A stretch of DNA of 64,000 bases. Source: Acidimicrobiales bacterium. GTDB taxonomy: Bacteria; Actinomycetota; Acidimicrobiia; Acidimicrobiales; Iamiaceae. Under the pieces are notes generated by a model. The model was given only the letters and a program-made list of their open reading frames with translations, searched no databases and was not told where the DNA came from. Positions 15,291 through 23,260 of this stretch are shown here, one piece after another. The DNA lies in assembly GCA_030448105.1 (NCBI GenBank), contig JAUJNP010000005.1, forward strand, positions 170,814 through 234,813, read 5' to 3'. Positions within the stretch are counted from its first letter, which is position 1. Each line of letters opens with the position of its first letter. The translations under genes and the position numbers were made by a program.

Positions 15291-17429
15291 ATGGCCACTG
15301 CCCCCGAGGCGAAGCGCATCCCGGTGACGCGCCGGCGCTTCGGCGATGTCACCGTGGACGACTACGCCTGGCTTCGCGACCGCGACGACCCCGACCTGCT
15401 CCCCCTGCTCGAGGCCGAGAACGCGTTCACCGACGAGGTGATGGCCCCCACCCGCCCCCTCCAGGAGCGCATCTTCTCCGAGATCAAGGAGCGTACCCAG
15501 GAGACCGACCTGTCGGTGCCCCACCGCAAGGGAGCCTGGTGGTACTACAGCCGTACCGAGGAGGGGAAGGCCTACCGCATCCACTGCCGCCGTCCCGACG
15601 ACGGCAGCGGCGCCGCCATCGACCCCGACGAGGCCACCGAAGCCGTCATCCTCGACGAGAACGCGTTGGCCGAGGGCCACGACTACCTGAGCGTGGGCGT
15701 GGCCGACGTCAGCCCCGACGGCAACCTGCTCGCCTACTCGGTCGACCATGCCGGGAACGAGGAGCACACCCTCAGGGTCCGCGACCTGCGGACCGGCGAC
15801 GACCTGGCCGAGGCCATCCCGGGCACGTCCTACGGGTTCGCCTGGGCCGCCGACAGCCGCACCTGCTTCTACACCACCCTCGACGCGGCGCAGCGACCCT
15901 GGCGCCTGCACCGCCACGTGGTGGCGAGCGACCCTCCCGATGGCGGGGCCGACGCCCTCGTACACCAGGAGGACGACGAGCGCTTCTTCGTCGGCGTCGG
16001 TGCCAGCCGCAGCGGCGACCTGGTGGTGATGTCGCTCGAGAGCAAGGTCACCTCCGAGGTGTGGCTCCTCGACTCCCAGCGCCCCACCGACCGGTTCCGG
16101 GTGGTCGAACCCCGGCGGCAAGGCGTGGAGTACTCCATCGCCCACTCCGGCGCCCACCTCTACGTGCTCTGCAACGACGGCGCCCCGAACTTCGCCCTGT
16201 GGCGGGCTCCGCTGGCCGAGCCGGGACGTGCAGGATGGGAGCCGGTGATCGCCCACCGCGACGACACCCGCCTCGACGGCGTGGAGGCCTTCGCCCGCCA
16301 CCTCGTCGTCCACGTGCGCACCGCCGGCACCACCGGGCTGAGGGTGCTCGACCTCGTCAGCGACGGAGTCGGCGCGCGGCGTGACCTCGCCTTCGACGAG
16401 GACGTCCGCACGGTGGGTCCGGGCGTCAACGAGGAGTTCGACACCAGCACCTACCGGTTCAGCTACCAGTCGCTGGTGACGCCCCCTTCGGTGTTCTGCG
16501 AGGACGTGGCCACCGGGGAGCGCACGCTGCTCAAGCGCCAGCCGGTGCTCGGCGGATACGACCCGGCCGCCTACGAATCGGCGCGGCTGTGGGCCCGTGC
16601 CGGCGACGGGGCCGAGGTGCCGATCTCGGCGGTCTGGAAGCGAGGCGTGCCCCGTGACGGCACCGCCCCCTGCCTCCTGTACGGCTACGGGTCCTACGAG
16701 GCGAGCATGGACCCCTGGTTCTCGATCGCCCGCCTGTCGTTGCTCGACCGGGGCGTGGTGTTCGCGGTGGCCCACGTGCGCGGCGGCGGCGAGCTGGGCC
16801 GCCGGTGGTACGAGGGCGGCAAGCTGCTGGCCAAGCCCAACACGTTCGGCGACTTCGTGGCGTGTGCCCGCCACCTGGTGGACGGCGGTTGGACGACCCC
16901 CGGGCGCCTGGTGGCGAGGGGCGGCAGCGCCGGGGGCCTGCTCATGGGGGCGGTCGCCAACCTGGCGCCCGAGCTGTTCCGGGCGGTGATCGCCGAGGTG
17001 CCCTTCGTCGACGCGCTGAACACCATCCTCGACCCGAGCCTGCCCCTGACCGTCATCGAGTGGGAGGAGTGGGGCAACCCCATGGAGAGCGAGGACGTGT
17101 ACCGTTGCATGCGGAGCTACACGCCCTACGAGAACGTCCAGCCGGTGCGCTACCCGGCCATCTTCGCCACCGGTGGGCTCTCGGATCCCCGGGTCGGCTA
17201 CCACGAGCCCACCAAGTGGGTGCAGCACCTCCGGCGCACGGTGACCAACCGCGACGACCGGCCCATCCTGCTGCGCATGGAGATGGGCGCCGGCCACGGC
17301 GGCCCGTCCGGCCGCTACGACGCCTGGCGCCACGAAGCCGAGATCCTGGCCTTCGCCCTGTGGCAGGTGGGCGTGGAGGGGCCAGCCCCGGGCACCCCGG
17401 ACTCGGATCAGCGATCGAGCTCGGCGTAG
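15291..17429 (+). CDS. ptrB: S9A serine peptidase, oligopeptidase B-like
   Basis: ORF 15240..17429; probable start ATG 15291 (MATAPEAKRIPVTRRRFGDVTVDDYAWLRDRDDP). Nucleophile elbow GGSAGGLLMG; C-terminal GAGHGG. Confidence 0.88.
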   Translation: MATAPEAKRIPVTRRRFGDVTVDDYAWLRDRDDPDLLPLLEAENAFTDEVMAPTRPLQERIFSEIKERTQETDLSVPHRKGAWWYYSRTEEGKAYRIHCRRPDDGSGAAIDPDEATEAVILDENALAEGHDYLSVGVADVSPDGNLLAYSVDHAGNEEHTLRVRDLRTGDDLAEAIPGTSYGFAWAADSRTCFYTTLDAAQRPWRLHRHVVASDPPDGGADALVHQEDDERFFVGVGASRSGDLVVMSLESKVTSEVWLLDSQRPTDRFRVVEPRRQGVEYSIAHSGAHLYVLCNDGAPNFALWRAPLAEPGRAGWEPVIAHRDDTRLDGVEAFARHLVVHVRTAGTTGLRVLDLVSDGVGARRDLAFDEDVRTVGPGVNEEFDTSTYRFSYQSLVTPPSVFCEDVATGERTLLKRQPVLGGYDPAAYESARLWARAGDGAEVPISAVWKRGVPRDGTAPCLLYGYGSYEASMDPWFSIARLSLLDRGVVFAVAHVRGGGELGRRWYEGGKLLAKPNTFGDFVACARHLVDGGWTTPGRLVARGGSAGGLLMGAVANLAPELFRAVIAEVPFVDALNTILDPSLPLTVIEWEEWGNPMESEDVYRCMRSYTPYENVQPVRYPAIFATGGLSDPRVGYHEPTKWVQHLRRTVTNRDDRPILLRMEMGAGHGGPSGRYDAWRHEAEILAFALWQVGVEGPAPGTPDSDQRSSSA

Positions 17430-17941
17430 CCGCCTCGGAAGAACACGAGCGGTCCACCCTCCCGGCCCACCGAGAGGTCGTGCACCCGGGCGACGACCAC
17501 GTCGTGGTCGCCGGCGGCGTGGACCGCGTCGAGCTCGCAGTCCATCCAGGCGAGCACACCCTCGAGTAGCGGCGCCCCCGAGAAGGGGGCGGGCTTGAAG
17601 CCCAGGCCGTCGAACTTGTCGGGGAGCTTGGAGGCGAAGGCCCGGCTCACGTCCTCCTGGTCCCCGGCCAGCACGTTCACGCAGAACCGGCCGGCCTCGC
17701 GGATGCGGGGCCAGCTCGACGAGCCGTGCCCGGCGCAGAACCCGACCAGCGGCGGCTCCAGCGACACCGAGAAGAACGAGCCGATGGCCAGGCCCACCCG
17801 GTCGTCTCGGCTGGTCCCGGCGGTGATCACCGTTACCCCGGTGGGGAAGTGCCCGAGCACCTGGCGGAAGCGGGCCGAGTCGAACGCGCCGGTCGTGGGA
17901 GCGTCGTCCTCGAGGCTCTCGTCCATGCCGTCGTCGTCCAT
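17408..17941 (-). CDS. flavin reductase domain protein
   Basis: 177 aa; FRQVLGHFPTGVTVITA...LAIGSFFSVSLEPPLV. Converges on ptrB with a 22-nt overlap. Confidence 0.85.
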   Translation of the reverse strand: MDDDGMDESLEDDAPTTGAFDSARFRQVLGHFPTGVTVITAGTSRDDRVGLAIGSFFSVSLEPPLVGFCAGHGSSSWPRIREAGRFCVNVLAGDQEDVSRAFASKLPDKFDGLGFKPAPFSGAPLLEGVLAWMDCELDAVHAAGDHDVVVARVHDLSVGREGGPLVFFRGGYAELDR

Positions 17942-17953
17942 GGCCCGGGCAGG

Positions 17954-18868
17954 CTAGGCGGTGGTGCCCGCCCGCTCGGCGGCGGCGGCGGCGCCCGGAT
18001 TGGTGGCACCGTTGGGCGATGGCGGCGCGCTGAGGGCCACGGTGAGCCCTTCGGAGGCGGCGATCACCTCGGTCAGGCCCCGCTCCGCCCCGAGGCGCCG
18101 CGCGGTGGCGAGGAGGCCGTCGACCTTGTCGTCGGTGCGGGCCGGATCGTGGTGGAACAGGGCCAGCCGCCGGGCCCCGGCGGTGGCGGCCACGTGGACG
18201 GCGTACTCGACCGTGCAGTGACCCCAGTCGCCCTTGACGGCGAGGTCGTCGGGGGTGAACTGGGCGTCGTGGATCACCAAGTCGGCGCGGTCGCACAGCT
18301 CGAGCACCGCCTCGGCCACCGCGTCGGTGCCGTCGGTGGGCTGCTGGTGGTCGCTGACGTAGGCCACCACCACGCCGCCCACCTCCACCCGGTAGCCGTT
18401 GGTGGCCCCGACGTGGGGGACGCTGCGAACCTTCACCACCGCCGGCCCGATCTGCATGTCGCAGGCGCCGGCGTCGTGGAACGAGATGTCGCCGAAGAGG
18501 TCGGCTGCCCGAACGGGGAAGTACGGCGGCCGCATGAAGTCCCCGAAGGCATCGGCCACGGAGACCTCCGTGGAAGGCCGGGGGGCGTAGACGTCGAGCG
18601 TCGCCCCCGGGCAGTTGATGGGGACGAAGAACGGCAGGCCCTGCACGTGGTCCCAGTGCAGGTGGGTGACAAGGGCGGTGCCCCGGAACGACCCGTCCGG
18701 CCGCAGGGTCTGCCCCCAGAAGCGCAGACCGGTGCCCAGGTCGAACACGATGGGATCCATGCCCGGCGCCTCGAGGGCGACGCACGCGGTGTTGCCGCCG
18801 TAGCGCCGGTTCGCGTCGCACGGGCACGGTGTCGATCCCCGTACCCCCCAGAACGTGATGTTGAGCAG
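17954..18868 (-). CDS. MBL-fold metallo-hydrolase (probable CTG start; track ORF starts at ATG 18760)
   Basis: THLHWDHVQGLPFF motif. The in-frame upstream sequence LLNITFWGVRGSTPCPCDANRRYGGNTACVALEAPG is the usual N-terminus of this family. It has no ATG/GTG/TTG; CTG 18868-18866 lies 6 nt after AGGGGGA. Confidence 0.85.
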   Translation of the reverse strand: MLNITFWGVRGSTPCPCDANRRYGGNTACVALEAPGMDPIVFDLGTGLRFWGQTLRPDGSFRGTALVTHLHWDHVQGLPFFVPINCPGATLDVYAPRPSTEVSVADAFGDFMRPPYFPVRAADLFGDISFHDAGACDMQIGPAVVKVRSVPHVGATNGYRVEVGGVVVAYVSDHQQPTDGTDAVAEAVLELCDRADLVIHDAQFTPDDLAVKGDWGHCTVEYAVHVAATAGARRLALFHHDPARTDDKVDGLLATARRLGAERGLTEVIAASEGLTVALSAPPSPNGATNPGAAAAAERAGTTA

Positions 18869-18947
18869 CGCAGTTCCCCCTGGTTCAGCGGCACGCTACC
18901 CCTGCGTCACCGTGCGCGAACCGCGTGTGCCCCTAGTCACAGTGCTG

Positions 18948-19013
18948 TGCTACTGGGCGAGCGCCTCCGGCGCTCGCGTGCCGGCTGCTCGCATGGCGCT
19001 CGCGACGCCGGCG
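18948..19013 (+). repeat. ~66-nt GC-rich palindromic dispersed element (family B)
   Basis: tgctactgggcgagcgcctccggcgctcgcgtgccggctgctcgcatggcgctcgcgacgccggcg; about 63/66 identical to the reverse complement of 55286-55351. Contains a 9-bp stem GCGAGCGCC-tcc-GGCGCTCGC (18957-18977). A degenerate head motif tgctagtgggcgag lies at 19035-19048. Confidence 0.9.
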
Positions 19014-19063
19014 CTGCTGGGCCTGTGTTCCGGACGAGCGCCGTGCTAGTGGGCGAGACGGCA

Positions 19064-19084
19064 TCTCGTAGGGTCTCGTAGGGT
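19064..19084 (+). promoter_or_regulatory. perfect 10-bp tandem tctcgtaggg x2 carrying two TAGGGT (TANNNT) boxes; candidate leaderless promoter
   Basis: Units at 19064-19073 and 19074-19083; the second TAGGGT (19079-19084) ends 6 nt before GTG 19091. Pattern-based inference only. Confidence 0.3.
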
Positions 19085-19090
19085 TCGGGC

Positions 19091-19966
19091 GTGGAGCTCA
19101 CTGAGGGGCGGGTTGGCGCCAACGGGCTCACCTTCGCCACCCTCGAGGTCGGCTCGGGCCCTCTCGCCCTCTGCCTCCACGGGTTCCCGGACTCGGCGTG
19201 GGGTTGGCGCCACCTCCTGCCCGCCCTCGCCGAGGCCGGCTTCCACGCCGTCGCCCCCTTCATGCGGGGCTACGCCCCCACCGAGGTCCCCGCCGACGGC
19301 CTCTACCAGACCGGGGCCCTCAGTGCCGACGCCTGCGCCCTGCACGAGGCCCTCGACGGCGACTCCGACGCTGTGCTCGTCGGCCACGACTGGGGCGCGC
19401 TGGCCGCCTACGGCGCCGCCGCCTGGCAGCCCGAGCGGTGGCGCCGGGTGGTGACCGCGGCCGTCCCGCCCACCGCCACCTTGGCCGAGGCGTTCCTCTC
19501 CTACGACCAGCTGCGACGGTCCTGGTACATGTACTTCTTCCTGCACCCACTCGCCGAGGTGGCGGTGAGCCTCGACGACCTCGCCTTCCTCGACCGCCTG
19601 TGGAGCGACTGGTCCCCCGGCTACGACGCCACCGTCGACCTCGCCCACACCAAGGACGCGCTGCGCGGCCCGGCCAACCTGGCCGCCGCCCTCGGCTACT
19701 ACCGGGCCACCCTCGGCACCGGGCCCACCGATCCTGCCCTCGACCCGGTGCAGGCGGCCGGCGCCGGCCCGACCCCCCAGCCCACCCTCTACCTCCACGG
19801 TGCCGCCGACGGCTGCATGGGCGCCGACCTCGCCAAGGGTGCTCTCGCCTCCCTGCCGGCGGCGGGGTCGAGGGTGGAGCTGGTCGAGGGCGCCGGCCAC
19901 TTCCTGCACCTCGAGCGTCCGGAGGTGGTCAACCCCATGATCGTCGACTTCGTCACCGGGGACTGA
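19091..19966 (+). CDS. alpha/beta hydrolase, epoxide-hydrolase-like
   Basis: 291 aa; LHGFPDSAWGWRH, VGHDWGA nucleophile elbow, C-terminal GAGHFLHLERPE. Confidence 0.9.
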   Translation: MELTEGRVGANGLTFATLEVGSGPLALCLHGFPDSAWGWRHLLPALAEAGFHAVAPFMRGYAPTEVPADGLYQTGALSADACALHEALDGDSDAVLVGHDWGALAAYGAAAWQPERWRRVVTAAVPPTATLAEAFLSYDQLRRSWYMYFFLHPLAEVAVSLDDLAFLDRLWSDWSPGYDATVDLAHTKDALRGPANLAAALGYYRATLGTGPTDPALDPVQAAGAGPTPQPTLYLHGAADGCMGADLAKGALASLPAAGSRVELVEGAGHFLHLERPEVVNPMIVDFVTGD

Positions 19967-19969
19967 AGG

Positions 19970-20473
19970 TTGGCGCTCCCCCTCGACGCGGCGCTCCTGG
20001 TGGAGCTGGAGCGCATCAAGCGGCTGAAGTACGCCTACCTCCGCTGTCTCGACCAGAAGTTGTGGGCCGAGCTGCGAGCCCTCTTCGTGGACGACGCCAC
20101 CGCGTCCTACGGCGGTGGCCGCTACGAGCACGACGACGCCGACGCCATCGTGGACTTCATCAGTGACGCCATGGGCGACCCGGGCGTGCACTCCAGCCAC
20201 CGGGTCACCCATCCGGAGATCGACCTCACCTCGCCCACCGAAGCGACCGGCACGTGGGCCCTCGACGACACGGTGATCGACACGCGCTTCGACGTGACCG
20301 TCCGGGGCGCGGCCTTCTACGAGGACCGCTACGTGAAGGTCGACGACCGGTGGCTGATCGCCCACACCGGCTACAAGCGCACCTACGAGGAGGTCTTCCC
20401 CCGCACCTCCATCGAGGGCCTGGTGCTGACCGCCTCGTGGTGGTCCACGCGGGGCCGCAGCGAGCTCGGCTGA
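19970..20473 (+). CDS. NTF2/SnoaL-like fold protein
   Basis: 167 aa; ELERIKRLKYAYLRCLDQKLWAELRALFVDDA...RYVKVDDRWLIAHTGY, typical SnoaL_4-type layout. Confidence 0.8.
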   Translation: MALPLDAALLVELERIKRLKYAYLRCLDQKLWAELRALFVDDATASYGGGRYEHDDADAIVDFISDAMGDPGVHSSHRVTHPEIDLTSPTEATGTWALDDTVIDTRFDVTVRGAAFYEDRYVKVDDRWLIAHTGYKRTYEEVFPRTSIEGLVLTASWWSTRGRSELG

Positions 20474-20475
20474 CG

Positions 20476-21936
20476 ATGACCGCGCCGCCCGAGCGTCGCG
20501 CCCCGGCGCTGCCCGACGGCATCGTCGCCGTGGTGAAGCGGAGTTGTCCCACGTGCGCGCTGGTGGGACCGGTGCTGGCGCAGCTGCAGGCGGCCGGGGT
20601 GGCGTTGACGGCCTACAGCCAGGACGACCCTGCCTTCCCGCCCGAACTCGGCGGCGCGCTCGACGACACGGCCCTCGAGCTGTCGTGGCGCCTCGACCTC
20701 GACACCGTCCCCACCCTCCTGCGAGTCGAGGGCGGGGTGGAGGTGGCTCGCACCGTCGGCTGGTCGCGGGCCGGATGGGAGGCGCTGACGGGCGTGGAGG
20801 GGTTGGGGCCGAGCCTGCCCGAGCAGCGCCCGGGGTGCGGTTCGCTGAACGTCGAGCCCGACCGGGTCGACGAGCTGGCCGTGCGCTTCGGGGGCTCGCG
20901 GCTGCGCAGCCGGCGGGTGGAGCTGGCCGCGCTGGAGGACGAGGTCGAGGCCCTCTACGACCGGGGCTGGACCGACGGCCTCCCGGTGGTCGCGCCCACC
21001 GAAGCGCGGGTGCTGCGGATGCTGGAGGGCACCGACCGGGCGGCCGATGAGGTCGTGGCGGTGGTGCCGCCCGACCTGGTGGCGTGCACGGTGGAGAAGG
21101 TGGCCGTCAACGCAGTGATGGCCGGCTGCCGGCCCGAGTACCTGCCGGTGGTGCTGGCCGCGGTGGAGGCGGCGTGCACCGACGGGTTCAACGTGCACGG
21201 CCTGCTGGCCACGACCATGCCGGTGGGCCCGGTGGTGGTGGTCAACGGCCCGGTGCGCCAGCGGCTCGGGATGAACAGCGGCGTCAACGCCCTCGGCCAG
21301 GGCAACCGGGCCAACCTGACCATCGGCCGGGCGCTCCAGCTCGTCATCCGCAACGTGGGCGGCGGGCGTCCCGGCGAGGTCGACAGGGCGACCCACGGCA
21401 ACCCCGGCAAGCTCTCGTTCTGCTTCGCCGAGGACGAGGAGGGCTCGCCGTGGGAGCCGCTGTCGGTGGAGCGGGGCTTCGCCGCCGGCGCCTCCACCGT
21501 CACGCTGTTCCCGGGCGAGGGCCCCCGCAGCGTGGTCGACCAGCTGTCACGCACGCCCGGGTCGCTGGTGCGCAGCCTGGCCGCCTGCCTGCGCACGGTG
21601 CACCACCCGAAGCTGCCGCTGGCCTTCGACGCCGTGCTCGTCGTCTCGCCCGAGCACGCCCGGGTCTTCCGGGACGCGGGCTGGGACAAGGCCCGCCTCC
21701 GAGCCGAGCTGGCCGAGCTGCTCGCCCTCCCCGGCGCCGAGCTCGTGCGGGGGGCGGGCGGCATGGCCGAGGGCGTGCCCGCCGGGTTGGAGGACGCCAT
21801 GCTCGGAAAGTTCGGGCCCGACGGGTTGCTGATCGTGCACGCCGGCGGCGGGGCGGGGCTGTTCTCGACCATCATCGGGGGGTGGGTGAACGGGGCGACC
21901 GGCTCCACGCCCGTGACCAGAGAGGTGCGCGAGTGA
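20476..21936 (+). CDS. thioredoxin-like (CPTC) domain fused to an unassigned ~380-aa domain
   Basis: ORF 20254..21936; start ATG 20476 (MTAPPERRAPALPDGIVAVVKRSCPTCALVGP). The downstream domain carries RPGCGSLNVEP, RGWTDGLPVVAPT, VAVNAVMAGCRPEY, GNPGKLSFCFAEDE. Confidence 0.75.
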   Translation: MTAPPERRAPALPDGIVAVVKRSCPTCALVGPVLAQLQAAGVALTAYSQDDPAFPPELGGALDDTALELSWRLDLDTVPTLLRVEGGVEVARTVGWSRAGWEALTGVEGLGPSLPEQRPGCGSLNVEPDRVDELAVRFGGSRLRSRRVELAALEDEVEALYDRGWTDGLPVVAPTEARVLRMLEGTDRAADEVVAVVPPDLVACTVEKVAVNAVMAGCRPEYLPVVLAAVEAACTDGFNVHGLLATTMPVGPVVVVNGPVRQRLGMNSGVNALGQGNRANLTIGRALQLVIRNVGGGRPGEVDRATHGNPGKLSFCFAEDEEGSPWEPLSVERGFAAGASTVTLFPGEGPRSVVDQLSRTPGSLVRSLAACLRTVHHPKLPLAFDAVLVVSPEHARVFRDAGWDKARLRAELAELLALPGAELVRGAGGMAEGVPAGLEDAMLGKFGPDGLLIVHAGGGAGLFSTIIGGWVNGATGSTPVTREVRE

Positions 21937-22463
21937 CCATCGTGCTCGACCCCACCGGCGGCCAGGCACCCGCCCCCCGGGCCCGCAGTCCCCGCCCGAC
22001 GGCCCTGGACGGGTGCACGATCGGGCTGCTCGACATCTCCAAAGCACGGGGCGACGTGTTCCTCGACCGTCTGGCCGAGCGCTGCGCCGAGCGGGGTTGG
22101 TCGGTGGAACGCTTCGCCAAGCCGACGTTCACCAAGCCCGCTCCCGCCGACCTGCGCTACGAGATCTCCCAGCGGTGCGACGTGGTGATCGAGGCCCTGG
22201 CCGACTGAGGGTCGTGCACGTCGTGCAGTGTGCACGACATCGTCGATCTGGAGCGCCGGGGGGTGCCGGCGGTCTTCGCCGCGTCCAGCGAGTTCGTCGA
22301 CGCCGCCGCCGCCCAGGCCGTCGCCCTGGGCCTCGACGTGGCCCGCGTGTTCGTGCCCCACCCCATCCAGGACCGCACCGACGACGAGCTGCGGGCGTTG
22401 GCCGACGACGCCTTCGACGCCCTGGTGAGCGCGCTCACGGGAGGCGACCAACCCCGCGGCTGA
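21933..22463 (+). CDS. UGSC-motif selenoprotein candidate (TGA 22206-22208 read as Sec)
   Basis: GTG 21933 overlaps the upstream stop (GTGA). 91 codons (VTIVLDPTGG...VVIEALAD) precede the TGA, then GSCTSCSVHDIVDLERRGVPAV...GGDQPRG follows in the same frame. The track shows this as the end of ORF 21084..22208 plus ORF 22230..22463. Confidence 0.7.
22211..22238 (+). promoter_or_regulatory. SECIS-like hairpin 3' of the in-frame TGA
   Basis: GTCGTGCAC (22211-22219) pairs perfectly with GTGCACGAC (22230-22238), leaving a 10-nt loop. An alternative 8-bp stem 22220-22227/22231-22238 has a GUG loop. Confidence 0.5.
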
Positions 22464-22495
22464 CGGCCATCAGGGAGGGTCGGGCGACGCCGCCG

Positions 22496-23260
22496 TCAGG
22501 GTCGGTGGGCCCACCACACGTGCGTGCGGTACGGCACGGCGAAGGTTTCCGGGAACCCGTCCACCAGAGCCAGGACGCGGTCGACGTACTGCTGCTGCAC
22601 CTCTGCCGGCTCCTCGGCCACATAGCTGACCGAGCGGACCCGAGCGGCAAGTCGCTCGCGGTCGGTCGGCTCATCCCAGTCGACCTCGAACCGGCCCACC
22701 CCGGTGAACCCCCCGCCCTCGAGCACCTCGGTCCAGTCGGTCGCCTGGTACACGGCGATGGTGCGGCGGTGCCACTCGATGGCGTCGTTCCAGGCGGCCA
22801 CCCACCCCGCTCGCGAGTCCCGCTCGTTGAAGAGGATGGCCAACCCCCCACCGGGCCTCAGCACCCGGCGGATCTCGGCCAGGGCCTCCTCGAACCGGAA
22901 CCAGTGGAAGGCCTGGGCCACGGTGACCACGTCGACGGAGGCGTCGGCCAGGGGGATGGCCTCGGCGGTGCCGTCGAGCACCCGCACGTCGGGGCAGGCC
23001 AGTTCGAGCTGGTCCCGCATCCCCGGCACCGGCTCCACCGCCACGACCTCCGCGCCAGTGGCCGCTAGGAGCCGAGTGAGCTTGCCGGTCCCGGCGGCCA
23101 GGTCGCACACGGTGGTGGACGGGCCGATCCCCAGCTCGCGGACCAGCCGCTCGATGGCGCCCGCCGGGTAGGTGGGCCGGGCCCGCTCGTAGTCGGCGGC
23201 CGCCGGACCGAACGCGTTGGCCGGGCCGGCGATGCGGTGGTCGATCTCGGACCCCGTCAT
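22496..23260 (-). CDS. class I SAM-dependent methyltransferase
   Basis: ORF 22496..23839; start ATG 23260 (MTGSEIDH) overlaps the upstream stop (ATGA). Motif I VCDLAAGTGKLT; ...VAQAFHWF. Confidence 0.9.
   Translation of the reverse strand: MTGSEIDHRIAGPANAFGPAAADYERARPTYPAGAIERLVRELGIGPSTTVCDLAAGTGKLTRLLAATGAEVVAVEPVPGMRDQLELACPDVRVLDGTAEAIPLADASVDVVTVAQAFHWFRFEEALAEIRRVLRPGGGLAILFNERDSRAGWVAAWNDAIEWHRRTIAVYQATDWTEVLEGGGFTGVGRFEVDWDEPTDRERLAARVRSVSYVAEEPAEVQQQYVDRVLALVDGFPETFAVPYRTHVWWAHRP

Noticed and set aside
15114-18827. 1237-aa ORF on the minus strand, the longest in the track
   Set aside because: It runs antisense to the well-supported ptrB gene and out of frame through the flavin reductase and MBL genes. 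The translation is R/G/P/A-rich low complexity with no motifs. This is a typical high-GC antisense artefact.
18855-19049. Small ORFs with near-identical peptides (…CYWASASGARVPAAR…) here and at 55187..55390
   Set aside because: They are translations of the family B nucleotide repeat on opposite strands. They lie in intergenic gaps and have no start or SD context, so they are not genes.
22230-22463. Treating ORF 22230..22463 as an independent 77-aa gene starting at GTG
   Set aside because: It is in frame with the upstream 91 codons and only 21 nt from them. There is no SD, and the GTG lies inside the hairpin. The U/CGSC-type motif spans the junction. Read-through of the TGA is the more economical model, though it depends on Sec machinery that I cannot see in this window.
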